From assembly GCA_016220095.1 (NCBI GenBank), contig JACRIJ010000102.1, forward strand, positions 233-64,232: a stretch of DNA of 64,000 nt, in the 5' to 3' direction. The notes below the pieces were generated by a model. That model ran no database searches. It was given only the letters and a program-made list of their open reading frames with translations, and was not told the DNA's origin. The stretch comes from Planctomycetota bacterium (lineage in GTDB: Bacteria; Planctomycetota; MHYJ01; JACQXL01; JACRIJ01). Shown piece after piece: positions 45,380 to 55,717 of the stretch; the stretch's first letter is position 1, and every line of letters starts with the position of its first letter. The position numbers were made by a program, and so were the translations under genes.

Positions 45380-46449
45380 ATTATAAGCATTGCGTCTCCA
45401 TAACTGAAGAACCTGTATTTTTCCTTTATAGCCGTTTTATAGGCGTCCAAAATCCTTTCACGGCCCGCCAACGCGCTCGCGAGCATCAAAGGCGTGCCTT
45501 TCGGAAGGTGAAAATTCGTAATAAGGCAGTCAACTGCCCTGAATTCGTATCCGGGGCAGATGAAGAGATTCGTCCAACCTTCAATTCTGCCGGCGGAATT
45601 CCCATATTCCACGAGCCCCTCTTTCCACATCCATTCAAGCGTCCTGCAACAGGTCGTGCCGACGGCAAATACGCGCCGGCCTTTTGCCTTTGCGGTCAGG
45701 ACATTCATCAAAGCGGACCTTTCAACGGAAAAAAATTCCTGGTCCAGAGAATGGCTTTCAATTTCCTCAGTTTCAACCGGTTTAAAAGTGCCTTTGCCGA
45801 CATGCAGGGTTATATGGCATACGATAACGCCTTTTTTTCGTATTTGTTCAAGAAGCCCGTCCGTGAAATGAAGGCCCGCGGTAGGTGCCGCTATGGAGCC
45901 GGCCTTTTGGGCGTAAACGGTCTGATACCTGACAAGGTCCTCTTTTACAAAAGGGTCTTCGGATTTGGCCCGCTTGATATAAGGCGGCAGAGGCGCCCTG
46001 CCGGCCATATAGATAGCCGCTTCAGCAGAAGCCCTGTCGTCAAAAACGAATTCCCATTTGCCGCGCTCTATCCTTTTCAAGGTGCCGCTGACGGACTTTC
46101 CGCCCGGTGACTGAGCGCAATCAAGAAATATCTGTTCTCCATCAAGGTCTTTTCCGCGGGTCTGCACCATGATTTCCCATACGCCGCATGAAAGTTCCCT
46201 TGTCAAAAGCATATTCACAAGGCCGCCTGTTATGCGCCTGCCTATGATGCGCGCGGGAATTACTTTCGTATCGTTGATGACAAGAACGTCGCCCGCTGAA
46301 AAATAATCCGTGATTTGCGAAAAAGATTTGTGTTCGCACCCATCCTTTGCGCGGTCAAGCACGAAGAGGCGCGACGTGTCCCTGTTTTCCAGGGGATGCT
46401 GTGCTATGAGTTCACCAGGTAACTCATAATCAAATAAAGATAATTTCAT
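45376..46449 (-). CDS. queA: S-adenosylmethionine:tRNA ribosyltransferase-isomerase
   Basis: 357-aa ORF. FDYELP.ELIAQHP...RDTSRL, PLPPYIKR, GSIAAPTAGLHFT and GTT..RTLE are QueA signatures. Confidence 0.95.
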   Translation of the reverse strand: MKLSLFDYELPGELIAQHPLENRDTSRLFVLDRAKDGCEHKSFSQITDYFSAGDVLVINDTKVIPARIIGRRITGGLVNMLLTRELSCGVWEIMVQTRGKDLDGEQIFLDCAQSPGGKSVSGTLKRIERGKWEFVFDDRASAEAAIYMAGRAPLPPYIKRAKSEDPFVKEDLVRYQTVYAQKAGSIAAPTAGLHFTDGLLEQIRKKGVIVCHITLHVGKGTFKPVETEEIESHSLDQEFFSVERSALMNVLTAKAKGRRVFAVGTTCCRTLEWMWKEGLVEYGNSAGRIEGWTNLFICPGYEFRAVDCLITNFHLPKGTPLMLASALAGRERILDAYKTAIKEKYRFFSYGDAMLII

Positions 46450-46450
46450 G

Positions 46451-47299
46451 CTAAAACCTTACGCTGACGGCCGCAAAAGGCCCGGACAAGGAGAAATCGA
46501 ATTCGTCCTGCTCATTATCCGTAACGTCAATAACGCTGGAAATGGACATAACCTTATATCCAAGGCTTACGGTAAAGGTGTCCGTAACGTTCCATCCGGC
46601 GTTTGCGTAACCCGTAAAATATGTGAAATCTATTATGGACACATCCAAAGCCATCCCGTACAATCCCATGCCGGCAAAAAAAGTATTCTTATAATTATAT
46701 TCCCCGAAAAAACCGACCGCGGGCAAGGGAAGTTTTATGGATTCGTTGACTTTATTGGTAGCCGCCGAATCCAGCATAGCGTCGGCCTGCATATACACGC
46801 CGCCGCCGAAGACGCCGAAATCCACATAGCTTCTTTCGGCAACCGTCCTGCTGAGCCATACGCCCTTGTAAATTATTTCAAAAGAATCCATTGACAGCGT
46901 TGATTTTACCTGTTCGCCCGGGTAAAAAACCCTGTTCTCAAAGCGCACCGCGGAATCGATGGTTTCTCTGGAACTGTAATCAGTATTCCAATACGAAATA
47001 ATCATTCCGTCAATTTCATTAAACCTGAATTCAGCCGCGAACGACAAAATATTGGAATTGCCGTCCATGCCGAGGTCTCCGGCAAAATCCACGTTGGTGC
47101 CGGCAAATTCCGAGCCGTCAACCGTCAGGTCGCTTTTCATGGCGGAAAACCAGCTCTGTGCGCCGATTGACATGTAATAATCAACGGGAGAAAATTGGTC
47201 GGAGTACTGCGCGCAAGCCGGCCTTATTGAAAAAAGACAGACAGCGGCGCAAACAAGGAAAAATATGGATATTTTACAAACAGCCATTCTAAAAGACAT
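46451..47299 (-). CDS. outer-membrane beta-barrel protein (unknown family)
   Basis: 282-aa ORF with a signal peptide, alternating hydrophobic beta-strand pattern and a C-terminal ...AAVSVRF (terminal Phe), typical of OMPs. Confidence 0.6.
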   Translation of the reverse strand: MSFRMAVCKISIFFLVCAAVCLFSIRPACAQYSDQFSPVDYYMSIGAQSWFSAMKSDLTVDGSEFAGTNVDFAGDLGMDGNSNILSFAAEFRFNEIDGMIISYWNTDYSSRETIDSAVRFENRVFYPGEQVKSTLSMDSFEIIYKGVWLSRTVAERSYVDFGVFGGGVYMQADAMLDSAATNKVNESIKLPLPAVGFFGEYNYKNTFFAGMGLYGMALDVSIIDFTYFTGYANAGWNVTDTFTVSLGYKVMSISSVIDVTDNEQDEFDFSLSGPFAAVSVRF

Positions 47300-47352
47300 A
47301 AATTATCCTGATTCTTAAACCTGTAATATTCTAATCTTGTAATCTTCTAATC

Positions 47353-47775
47353 CTATTGTTCTTCAGCCGCGACTTCATCGAGCACGGAATCTTCCACGAA
47401 GATAGGCGCGTTCATCTGGACTGCGAGCGCCACCGCATCGCTCGGGCGGGAATCTATTTCTATTGTTTTATCGTCAGTCTTAAGGACAAGCCTGGCGTAA
47501 AAAGTCTTATCCACAAGGTCATTTACGACTATATGGTCAAGGCTCGCGTTCAGGCCCTTGAGTATATTTTCCACAAGGTCATGTGTCATCGGCCTGGGGG
47601 TTTTGTAGTTTTTAACCTTCCTGTCTATGGCAACGGCCTCAAAGATACCTATGAGTATAGGAAAACTCCTATTGCCGTCGCGCTCTTTCAGAACGATTAT
47701 CTGTTCGTCACTGCGCTCGGAAATAATAATCCTTGCTAAATCCATCCTTTTAGGCGCCATAACAATCCTTGTCAT
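47353..47775 (-). CDS. bifunctional nuclease family protein (DUF151/BFN)
   Basis: 140-aa ORF. FPILIGIFEAVAI, PRPMTHDL and IDSRPSDAVALAV..NAPIFV match the BFN domain. Confidence 0.8.
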   Translation of the reverse strand: MTRIVMAPKRMDLARIIISERSDEQIIVLKERDGNRSFPILIGIFEAVAIDRKVKNYKTPRPMTHDLVENILKGLNASLDHIVVNDLVDKTFYARLVLKTDDKTIEIDSRPSDAVALAVQMNAPIFVEDSVLDEVAAEEQ

Positions 47776-47776
47776 T

Positions 47777-48178
47777 TTAAGAAGGCATCTGGGCTTTTAT
47801 CACGAACTTGAATATTTTATCCCTGTCTTCCGCGGTAATTTCCTTGAATTTCAATCCTATGGCGCACCGCTGAGTCTGGTCGTCCATGGATTCAAGCCAG
47901 GACACCCTTGTAAGCGCCTTAATGGGTTTTTCTTCGTTAGGAAGCAGGATGTTTATGCCAACGACCATCTTCTGCATGAGAAGATCGGGTATCCAGCTGA
48001 GATTCGGTATCTTGCCGTTAAGCAGTATGCCGCCGCCGCTGACGTTGGTTGAAGTGCCCTCGTAGATATTGTCCAGCGCCGGGTCTTGGCGCGACTTGGT
48101 CAAAAACTTATACCGCACAGGCACTTCGCATTTGACGCGTATAAATTCCCTTCGTTCCTGTTCAAAACTGTCGCCCAT
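47777..48178 (-). CDS. PilZ-domain protein (c-di-GMP receptor)
   Basis: 133-aa ORF with RREFIRV (RxxxR) and TNVSGGGILL (D/NxSxxG) motifs. Confidence 0.8.
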   Translation of the reverse strand: MGDSFEQERREFIRVKCEVPVRYKFLTKSRQDPALDNIYEGTSTNVSGGGILLNGKIPNLSWIPDLLMQKMVVGINILLPNEEKPIKALTRVSWLESMDDQTQRCAIGLKFKEITAEDRDKIFKFVIKAQMPS

Positions 48179-48319
48179 AATTTTTCCTCATATAAATGTA
48201 AAGGGTCCCGCAGGGAACGGTAAAAAACGTTCATTTTATCTTATGGTTTTCGTTTAACCATAACGCTTCTATCATTATAACGATTGTAAAACAAAAAGCA
48301 AGAATTTTTCCTGTATCTA

Positions 48320-48348
48320 TTGACCTTTTAAGGATTTATTGCTATAGT
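48320..48348 (+). promoter_or_regulatory. sigma70-type promoter (TTGACC - 17 nt - TATAGT) upstream of the HEAT lipoprotein / cus genes
   Basis: ttgacc at 48320-48325 and tatagt at 48343-48348. The first ATG (48357) is only 8 nt after the -10 element, so the ATG at 48390 is the more likely start. Confidence 0.45.
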
Positions 48349-48356
48349 TAACCATA

Positions 48357-49625
48357 ATGAATCAAAAGATACGAATTGACAGGCAGGTTATGTTAAGGAA
48401 AACAGTTGTCTTAATTCTAATTCTTGCTATTGTGCCGGCCGCAGGTTGCCTGGAAAGAAGCATTGAACGGCCCAAACAGCCGGATGAAATTGACACAAAA
48501 ATCGCATACCAGCTCACCCATTACAAAAACACAAGGAGCTATGAGGCCTTTAGCGAAATACTGCGATTCGGCTCAAGGGCGATACCGGCGCTTGACGGCG
48601 CGCTCAATGACGGCGATGCCGGCGTGCGGCTGTTATCAGTCAGGCTGTTATATATAATAGACCCGTCAAACCCCAAACTGCCGTATATGCTAAATGATCC
48701 CATGCCGAAAATAACTGTGGAAACGGCCTTTTTCGCCGGGGCCTGCCGCACAGACAACGCAGTTCCGCTCCTTATATCCGTCATGCGCAAAAACGGCCAG
48801 GATGTTTTATCAATAGGAAAATACAGGGATATTATTTTTAAGAACAAAGAAACGGCAAGTGAATACATCTCGTTTAGCAATATATCTGATGACAATAAAA
48901 TACGGCTCGCCTGCGCATGGGCGCTCCTGCAATATGACGCCCCCTGGATTACGGAAATGCTGTTTGAAAACGCAACCGAAGATGCCGATTTCAAATGGCT
49001 TGCGGCCGCAATATCCGGAAAGTGCGCCTCTTTCCTTGACGAACCGGTATTGCTGAAATTAGCCGCGCTTGCAACGGATGAAATGCCTTATATCCAGGCA
49101 CAGGCCGCCGGAGCGCTCGGAGAAACGCGCAATCCTGAAATCTTAACCCCGTTGTTTTTATTGCTGGATTCGCCGGACAAGGAAACAGCGGATTCATCGG
49201 CCATAGCAATACATAAAATTCTTGCCTCAATGAACGTGAGAGATGTAAAATCAAAGCCATTTCCAGAAGATATGGACGAATTGCGCATTCAATTGAAAGC
49301 ATGGTGGGATGAAAACCATGAGCCATACGAAAAGGATTTTTCGGCATTCGTAAAAAGAGCGTCATGCGGCCTTGTGATTGAAGGACGAATAACCGGTATA
49401 AAAAAAGCGGAACCGCCGGCAACCCCGGCCTCATGGGAAATTGAAATTGAAGTCCTTGCTGTTAGGCGCGGAAGTTTTAATGAGAAAAAATTCAAACTCC
49501 GATTGCAGGCCGATGAAGAACCGCTCGTGCTTAAAGGCGGGCACGGGGAATTCGTATTTGTCTTTTACCTCAAATCACAGCCGGACGGACAGTTTTCGCT
49601 TGACTGGATAGAAAATAAAAATTAA
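48357..49625 (+). CDS. HEAT-repeat lipoprotein
   Basis: 422-aa ORF. From the ATG at 48390 it reads MLRKTVVLILILAIVPAAGC (lipobox). HEAT-like repeats include AIPALDGALNDGDAGVRLLSVRLL and MPYIQAQAAGALGETRNPEILTPLFLLLDSPD. Confidence 0.7.
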   Translation: MNQKIRIDRQVMLRKTVVLILILAIVPAAGCLERSIERPKQPDEIDTKIAYQLTHYKNTRSYEAFSEILRFGSRAIPALDGALNDGDAGVRLLSVRLLYIIDPSNPKLPYMLNDPMPKITVETAFFAGACRTDNAVPLLISVMRKNGQDVLSIGKYRDIIFKNKETASEYISFSNISDDNKIRLACAWALLQYDAPWITEMLFENATEDADFKWLAAAISGKCASFLDEPVLLKLAALATDEMPYIQAQAAGALGETRNPEILTPLFLLLDSPDKETADSSAIAIHKILASMNVRDVKSKPFPEDMDELRIQLKAWWDENHEPYEKDFSAFVKRASCGLVIEGRITGIKKAEPPATPASWEIEIEVLAVRRGSFNEKKFKLRLQADEEPLVLKGGHGEFVFVFYLKSQPDGQFSLDWIENKN

Positions 49626-49745
49626 GCTTATATGATTTCTAAAACGTTCATTTAAGAAAATTGTTCGGAAGAACAAAAATTGAATAATCAGCCCCTCCTA
49701 TACGTTAAAGATAGCAGAAAAAGACTCTCTATATAAAAAGGCAAT

Positions 49746-51077
49746 ATGATGAAGATATTTTTTGTTTTAATCGCGGCATTCTGCTTTGCGCTGTTAATGC
49801 TTAACGGCTGTTCCTCTCCGCCGTCACGCGAAGCCATTGAATCCGTTGAGGCGAACTACCGTCCGAACGAAGACAAACCTGTCCTGCCGCTCCTGACGCC
49901 GGACAGCCCTTTTTCAGATTTCATTACCTATGCCATGCTTAACAATCCCAACGTAGAAGCCGCGTTCTATGACTGGAAGATGTCCGTGGAAGAAGCCGTA
50001 GCTGCCGGCTCTCTGCCGAACCCGCAGCTGACATTGAACGCTGAAATCACGTCAATCGTTGAAAGTTTTATAATCGGGCTGGCGCAGGAACTGCCCGGAC
50101 CGGGGAAATTAGAACTGCAGGCAGAAGCAGTATCTGCCATAGCGCGAAAAAAACGATTTATTTTTGAAAACGAACTCCTAAATGCCGCCTTCAAAGTCAA
50201 CGAAACATTTTCTCAAAACGGACTGCTTAACGAAAAAATATCGCTTACGCGCCAGATGCTGGAATTGGCTGATACCGGCGAATCATCCGTCAGGGCCGGC
50301 CTTGAAACAGGACTTGAAAGCCCCCGCAATCTTACTCTGATACAATCCGAACAGGCGCGCCTGCGCAATGAACTTGCAAACCTTGAAGACTCGCGTAAAG
50401 TTATTTTTGCGCAGTGGCGCGAGGCGTTAGGCATAGGCATATCCGAACCACTGCCGCCATTTCCGCGCTCAATGCCGCCTAAACACGTGCTCCCTGATGA
50501 AGACGCCCTGTTAAATGCGGCTCTGACATCCAACGCGCAATTAAAGGCCCTGTCTGAAGAAATCAAACTGGCGGAAACGCTTGTAAAACTGGCGTACAAG
50601 GAAAACGTGCCCGATTTTGACGCCGGATTGGGGACAAACACGAGACAAAAGCCCTGGTCGCTTATGCCGGAAATAGGACTGACACTGCCGGTGTGGCGGG
50701 ACAAAATCGGCGCGCAGATTGCCTCTGCCCGCGCCGGTGAAAAGGAATCGCGTTCAATGCTGTCGGCCGCGAAACTTGAACTCGTAATTACACTGGCTGA
50801 AAAGTCATTCATGTGGCGCGAACTCCGCAGGCAATCAAAATTGATTGAAACCCAGCTCATGCCTTTGGCCACGGTGAAATTGCAGAGCAGTGAATCCTCT
50901 TACACGACCGGCGGAAGCGGCATTATGGAATGGATAGAATCCGCCAATGAAATACTGGAATTAAAAACCCTGCTATCTGAATCAACCGCACGCGAAGAGA
51001 TAGCCTTGTCGGAAATTATGCTCCTGATACTCAGCCGCCAGCCGGAAGAAACAAACAGGATACTTAATTCCAAATAA
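49746..51077 (+). CDS. cusC: TolC-family outer-membrane efflux lipoprotein (CusC-like)
   Basis: 443-aa ORF with a lipoprotein signal (LMLNGCSS) and two-repeat coiled alpha-helical OEP organisation. It is the first gene of the three-gene RND operon. Confidence 0.75.
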   Translation: MMKIFFVLIAAFCFALLMLNGCSSPPSREAIESVEANYRPNEDKPVLPLLTPDSPFSDFITYAMLNNPNVEAAFYDWKMSVEEAVAAGSLPNPQLTLNAEITSIVESFIIGLAQELPGPGKLELQAEAVSAIARKKRFIFENELLNAAFKVNETFSQNGLLNEKISLTRQMLELADTGESSVRAGLETGLESPRNLTLIQSEQARLRNELANLEDSRKVIFAQWREALGIGISEPLPPFPRSMPPKHVLPDEDALLNAALTSNAQLKALSEEIKLAETLVKLAYKENVPDFDAGLGTNTRQKPWSLMPEIGLTLPVWRDKIGAQIASARAGEKESRSMLSAAKLELVITLAEKSFMWRELRRQSKLIETQLMPLATVKLQSSESSYTTGGSGIMEWIESANEILELKTLLSESTAREEIALSEIMLLILSRQPEETNRILNSK

Positions 51078-51097
51078 AAACATACAAGGAGTTTGAT

Positions 51098-52381
51098 ATG
51101 AAATATATAGTTTATGCAATGATAATCATCATAGTGATTACAGCTTTGGTAATCGGCGGAAAAGCATTCTTAAAAGAACACAATGCTTCACCGGAATCGC
51201 AAGCCAAACCGATGTATCACTGCCCGATGCATCCGACTTATACTTCGGACAAACCAGGCGACTGCCCCATCTGCGGAATGAATTTGGTGCTGATAAAACC
51301 GGATAAAAACACATCTCCTCAGGCAGACGTATCCGAATACGCAACGGTGGAAATCAGCCCTGACAGACAACAACTAATAGGAATCAAAAAAGAGCAGGTC
51401 ATGGCCCGCCCTTTGACAAATACCATCCGCGCGGTCGGAACCACGGGTTATAATGAACGAAAAGTCTACGACGTCAACACCAAATTTGCCGGATGGGTAG
51501 ACACCGCTGATTGTTGCGCGTTTGCAGGCAAATTCATCAAATCAGGAACGAAGTTATTCAGCATCTACAGCCCTGAATTGGTTACGGCACAGCAGGAATA
51601 TCTCACTGCATTAAAAACCCTGAAAACAGCCGAGGAAAACAAATCCGAGGATATGATAAAAAATGCCGGACAATTGGTAAACGCAACCAGGCAAAAACTG
51701 CTCTTCTGGGACATCACGGAAGGCCAGTTAGCCGAAATAGCCGAAGAAGGAAAACCCTCAAAAACCTTATGGATAACCGCGAAGGCCGAGGGTTTTATTA
51801 TCGGAGACGAACTGACCAACGGCAAATATATAGAACCCGGGGAATTGCTTTTCAGGATTGCGGACCTGTCAACCGTCTGGATTGAAACCGAAATTTACGA
51901 ATATGAGCTGACCTTTCTCGGCGTCGGCGACAAGGCCGTAATTGAATTCCCTGCTTACCCCGGAGAAAAGTTCGAAGGCAATGTAAAATACGTCTATCCT
52001 TACGTCAATCCCGCGACCCGCACCATCAAGGCAAGGATTGAAATGCCCAATCCTGATTATAAGTTGAAGATATCCATGTATGCCGACGTAATAATAGAAA
52101 AAGAACTGGGTGAAAAAACCGCCATTCCCGTTGAAGCCGTCCTGGACACGGGCAAACGCCGTCTCGTTTTCGTAGATAAGGGAGACGGTTTCTTTGAGCC
52201 TCGTGAAGTAAAATTAGGCGCCAAGACCGGCGCGTATTATGAAATTATTGAAGGCGTATCCGAAGGAGAGACTGTAGTTACTTCGGGCAATTTCTTTATT
52301 GATTCGGAATCAAAAATAAAATCAGCCGTATCAGGAACGGGTACGGGGCATAAGCACGGCGATAACAACGAAAAAAAATAA
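51098..52381 (+). CDS. cusB: RND efflux periplasmic adaptor with N-terminal heavy-metal-binding domain (CusB-like)
   Basis: 427-aa ORF. HCPMHPTYTSDKPGDCPICGMNL (HMBD) is followed by HlyD/MFP-type barrel-sandwich regions (VWIETEIYEYEL, GEKFEGNVKYVYPYVNPATRTIKARIE). Confidence 0.85.
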   Translation: MKYIVYAMIIIIVITALVIGGKAFLKEHNASPESQAKPMYHCPMHPTYTSDKPGDCPICGMNLVLIKPDKNTSPQADVSEYATVEISPDRQQLIGIKKEQVMARPLTNTIRAVGTTGYNERKVYDVNTKFAGWVDTADCCAFAGKFIKSGTKLFSIYSPELVTAQQEYLTALKTLKTAEENKSEDMIKNAGQLVNATRQKLLFWDITEGQLAEIAEEGKPSKTLWITAKAEGFIIGDELTNGKYIEPGELLFRIADLSTVWIETEIYEYELTFLGVGDKAVIEFPAYPGEKFEGNVKYVYPYVNPATRTIKARIEMPNPDYKLKISMYADVIIEKELGEKTAIPVEAVLDTGKRRLVFVDKGDGFFEPREVKLGAKTGAYYEIIEGVSEGETVVTSGNFFIDSESKIKSAVSGTGTGHKHGDNNEKK

Positions 52382-52393
52382 ATAAGGACATTT

Positions 52394-55300
52394 ATGCTGA
52401 AAAATATAGTTGCTTTCTCTGCTAACAACAAATTTCTGGTGCTGATATTCATGGCTATTGCCGTAGTCGCGGCGGTTTACGCCGTACAGAACATCCCGCT
52501 GGACGCCATACCCGACCTGTCAGACACTCAGGTAATTGTTTATTCGCGCTGGGACAGGAGCCCGGACATCATTGAAGACCAGATTACGTACCCGATTATA
52601 ACCGCGATGCTCGGCGCGCCAAAAGTCAAGGCCATCAGGGGATTCTCGGATTTCGGATTCTCTTATGTTTACATTATTTTTCAGGACGGCACCGACATCT
52701 ACTGGGCGCGAAGCCGCACCATAGAATACCTTTCAAAGATACTGCCCAGGCTTCCTGAAGACGTCAAGACCGAAATCGGCCCGGACGCTACAGGCGTAGG
52801 CTGGGTCTATCAGTATGCGTTAGTGGATAAAACCGGGCAAAACGACCTCGCCCAACTGCGCAGTTACCAGGATTGGTACTTGAAATATTACATTCAAAGC
52901 GTACCCGGCGTCGCCGAGGTGGCTTCAATAGGCGGATTCCAGAAACAATACCAGGTGAACATCAACCCCAACACGCTGGTCTCTTACAACATACCGCTGA
53001 TGAAAGTAGTAGAGGCCATCCGTGACGGCAATAATGACGTAGGCGGCAGGCTTGTGGAGTTCAGCGGCGCCGAATACATGGTGCGCGGGCGCGGTTACAT
53101 AAAAACCGTTGAAGACATTGAAAACATCTCGGTTGGCAACGACATGAACGGCACGCCTATACTTATAAAAAATATCGCCAAGGTAAACCTGGGGCCGGAT
53201 ATCAGGCGCGGCGTGGCGGATCTTGACGGCATCGGCGATACGGTTGGCGGCATTGTGGTCGTACGGCACGGCGAGAACGCGCTTAATGTCATCAGCAGGG
53301 TCAAGGCAAAGATAAAAGAAATCACGCCGGGCCTGCCTAAAGGCGTGGAAATAGTCACGACCTATGACCGCTCCGAACTCATACTGCGGGCGATTGACAC
53401 GCTCAAATCCCAGTTGATTGAGGAAATGATTGTAGTCAGCCTGATAATACTCATATTCCTCTGGCATATACCTTCGGCATTAGTGCCGATTCTCACCATA
53501 CCGATTTCGTGCTTTCTCGCATTCATCCCGATGTTCGGCATGAGTTTGACTTCCAATATCATGTCGCTTTCCGGCATCGCAATATCCATCGGGGTACTGG
53601 TTGACGGCGCAATAGTTGAGGTGGAAAATGCGTACAAAAAATTAGAGCTCTGGATAGAAGGCGGCCGGGTAGGCGACCCGCATAAAATAAGGATACAGGC
53701 ATTGCAGGAAGTAGCGCCATCAATATTCTTTTCGCTTCTCGTCATCGCGGTCGCCTTTATGCCCATATTCACGCTTACGGAACAGGAAGGCAGGCTCTTC
53801 AAACCCCTGGCTTACACCAAGAACCTGACGATGGCCATAGCGGCGCTCCTCGCAATCACGCTTGACCCGGCCATACGAATGCTTTTCATGCGGATGGATT
53901 ATTTTACATTCAAGCCGAAATGGCTGGCCTGGCCTTTGAACCAGGTATTGGTAGGGAAATATTACCGCGAGGAAAACCATCCGGTCAGTAAAACTCTTTT
54001 CAGGTTTTATGAACCGGTCTGCAGGCTTGTACTGAAACATCCCTGGACCGTCATCACCATTGCATTAATACTGATAACAACCACCATACCGGTTTATTTC
54101 ATGTTAGGTTCGGAATTCATGCCGCCCCTGAACGAAGGCAGTATTCTTTACATGCCTACCACCCTGCCGGGCATTTCCGTTACCGAGGCGCAGAAGATTC
54201 TGCAGGTGCAGGACAAGATTATAAAGAGCGTACCCGAAGTACAGAGCGTATTCGGCAAGGCTGGCCGCGCCGAAACCGCCACAGACCCGGCGCCGTTCTC
54301 AATGATGGAAACAACAATCGTATTAAAACCCGAAAGCGAATGGCGGAAGGTCCGGCGCTGGTACTCGGATCTGCCGGAACTGCTTCAAAAACCGTTCCGC
54401 CCCATCTGGCGCGACCGGATTTCATGGCAGGACATTATCGCTGAATTAGACGGCAAGATGCAGATTCCCGGCGTAAGCAACGCGTGGACCATGCCCATCA
54501 AGGCCCGTATTGACATGCTTACCACCGGAATACGCACGCCCATCGGCATAAAAATCTACGGCGCCGACCTTAAAGAGATAGAGAAAATCGGGATGCACAT
54601 AGAAATGATAATGCGCGACATCCCCGGCACGCGCACAGTATTTGCCGAGCGCGTGACAGGTGGGTATTTCCTGGATTTTGACATCAAACGCGAAAAATTG
54701 GCGCGTTACGGATTGACCATCAAAGAAGCCGAGATGGTTATAATGTCCGCCATCGGAGGCGAAGGCGTCACCACTACCGTTGAAGGCAGGGAGCGTTATT
54801 CCGTCAATGTGCGCTATGCAAGGGAATTGAGGGAAGACATAGAGGAATTGCGGCGCGTACTGGTGCCGGTGACCGCAGGGCCTGCCGGCGGGACCATGTC
54901 AGGCGGCGCACAGATACCTTTGGGCGAATTGGCCGACATCAAATTCTCCACCGGCCCGGCAATGATCCGCGACGAAGACGGTTTCCTTGCCGGCTACGTC
55001 TTTGTGGACATTAAAGACCGCGATATCGGCAGTTACGTAACCGAGGCAAAAAAGAAAGTGGAGCAAAACCTGACCATACCAGCCGGCTATACGCTCCTAT
55101 GGAGCGGCCAATACGAAAACATGACGCGCATGTGGAAACGGCTTTACGTCGTTATTCCGCTTACGATATTTATCATCTGCGTCCTTCTTTATATTAATAC
55201 AAAATCAGCGGTGAAAACGGGGATTGTCCTGATGGCGGTGCCATTTTCGCTTATCGGCGCTGTATGGTTCATGTATCTCCTTGATTACAACATGTCAACT

Positions 55301-55717
55301 GCCGTCTGGGTGGGAATGATAGCCCTGATGGGGCTGGACGCGGAAACAGGCGTATTCATGCTTTTATTCCTTGACCTGTCGTATTATGACGCGGTGCGAA
55401 GAGGAAAAATGAAGACGTACACCGATTTGCACGAAGCGGTCATCCACGGCGCGGTTAAGAGAATCAGGCCCAAGATGATGACGGTCGGCACAACGTTCAT
55501 AGGATTAGTGCCCATCATGTGGGCCATGGGCACTGGATCAGACATGATGAAACGCATCGCCGCCCCCATGATAGGCGGGTTATTCACAAGTTTCCTCCTG
55601 GAATTGCTGGTCTATCCGCCCGTCTATGCCATCTGGAAATGGAATTTTGAAATGAAACGCGGCACGGTAGATGCATCCAAATTGCCTATACCCGAATTAA
55701 GTGAACATAACATTTAA
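52394..55717 (+). CDS. cusA: heavy-metal RND efflux pump, CusA/SilA type
   Basis: The 1107-aa ORF is collinear with E. coli CusA as I recall it (DAIPDLSDTQVIVYS, YWARSRTIEYL, GPDATGVGWVYQYALVD). The three methionines of the CusA Cu(I)/Ag(I) site sit in equivalent contexts (LYMPT, SMMETT, IDMLTTG). Confidence 0.93.
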   Translation: MLKNIVAFSANNKFLVLIFMAIAVVAAVYAVQNIPLDAIPDLSDTQVIVYSRWDRSPDIIEDQITYPIITAMLGAPKVKAIRGFSDFGFSYVYIIFQDGTDIYWARSRTIEYLSKILPRLPEDVKTEIGPDATGVGWVYQYALVDKTGQNDLAQLRSYQDWYLKYYIQSVPGVAEVASIGGFQKQYQVNINPNTLVSYNIPLMKVVEAIRDGNNDVGGRLVEFSGAEYMVRGRGYIKTVEDIENISVGNDMNGTPILIKNIAKVNLGPDIRRGVADLDGIGDTVGGIVVVRHGENALNVISRVKAKIKEITPGLPKGVEIVTTYDRSELILRAIDTLKSQLIEEMIVVSLIILIFLWHIPSALVPILTIPISCFLAFIPMFGMSLTSNIMSLSGIAISIGVLVDGAIVEVENAYKKLELWIEGGRVGDPHKIRIQALQEVAPSIFFSLLVIAVAFMPIFTLTEQEGRLFKPLAYTKNLTMAIAALLAITLDPAIRMLFMRMDYFTFKPKWLAWPLNQVLVGKYYREENHPVSKTLFRFYEPVCRLVLKHPWTVITIALILITTTIPVYFMLGSEFMPPLNEGSILYMPTTLPGISVTEAQKILQVQDKIIKSVPEVQSVFGKAGRAETATDPAPFSMMETTIVLKPESEWRKVRRWYSDLPELLQKPFRPIWRDRISWQDIIAELDGKMQIPGVSNAWTMPIKARIDMLTTGIRTPIGIKIYGADLKEIEKIGMHIEMIMRDIPGTRTVFAERVTGGYFLDFDIKREKLARYGLTIKEAEMVIMSAIGGEGVTTTVEGRERYSVNVRYARELREDIEELRRVLVPVTAGPAGGTMSGGAQIPLGELADIKFSTGPAMIRDEDGFLAGYVFVDIKDRDIGSYVTEAKKKVEQNLTIPAGYTLLWSGQYENMTRMWKRLYVVIPLTIFIICVLLYINTKSAVKTGIVLMAVPFSLIGAVWFMYLLDYNMSTAVWVGMIALMGLDAETGVFMLLFLDLSYYDAVRRGKMKTYTDLHEAVIHGAVKRIRPKMMTVGTTFIGLVPIMWAMGTGSDMMKRIAAPMIGGLFTSFLLELLVYPPVYAIWKWNFEMKRGTVDASKLPIPELSEHNI

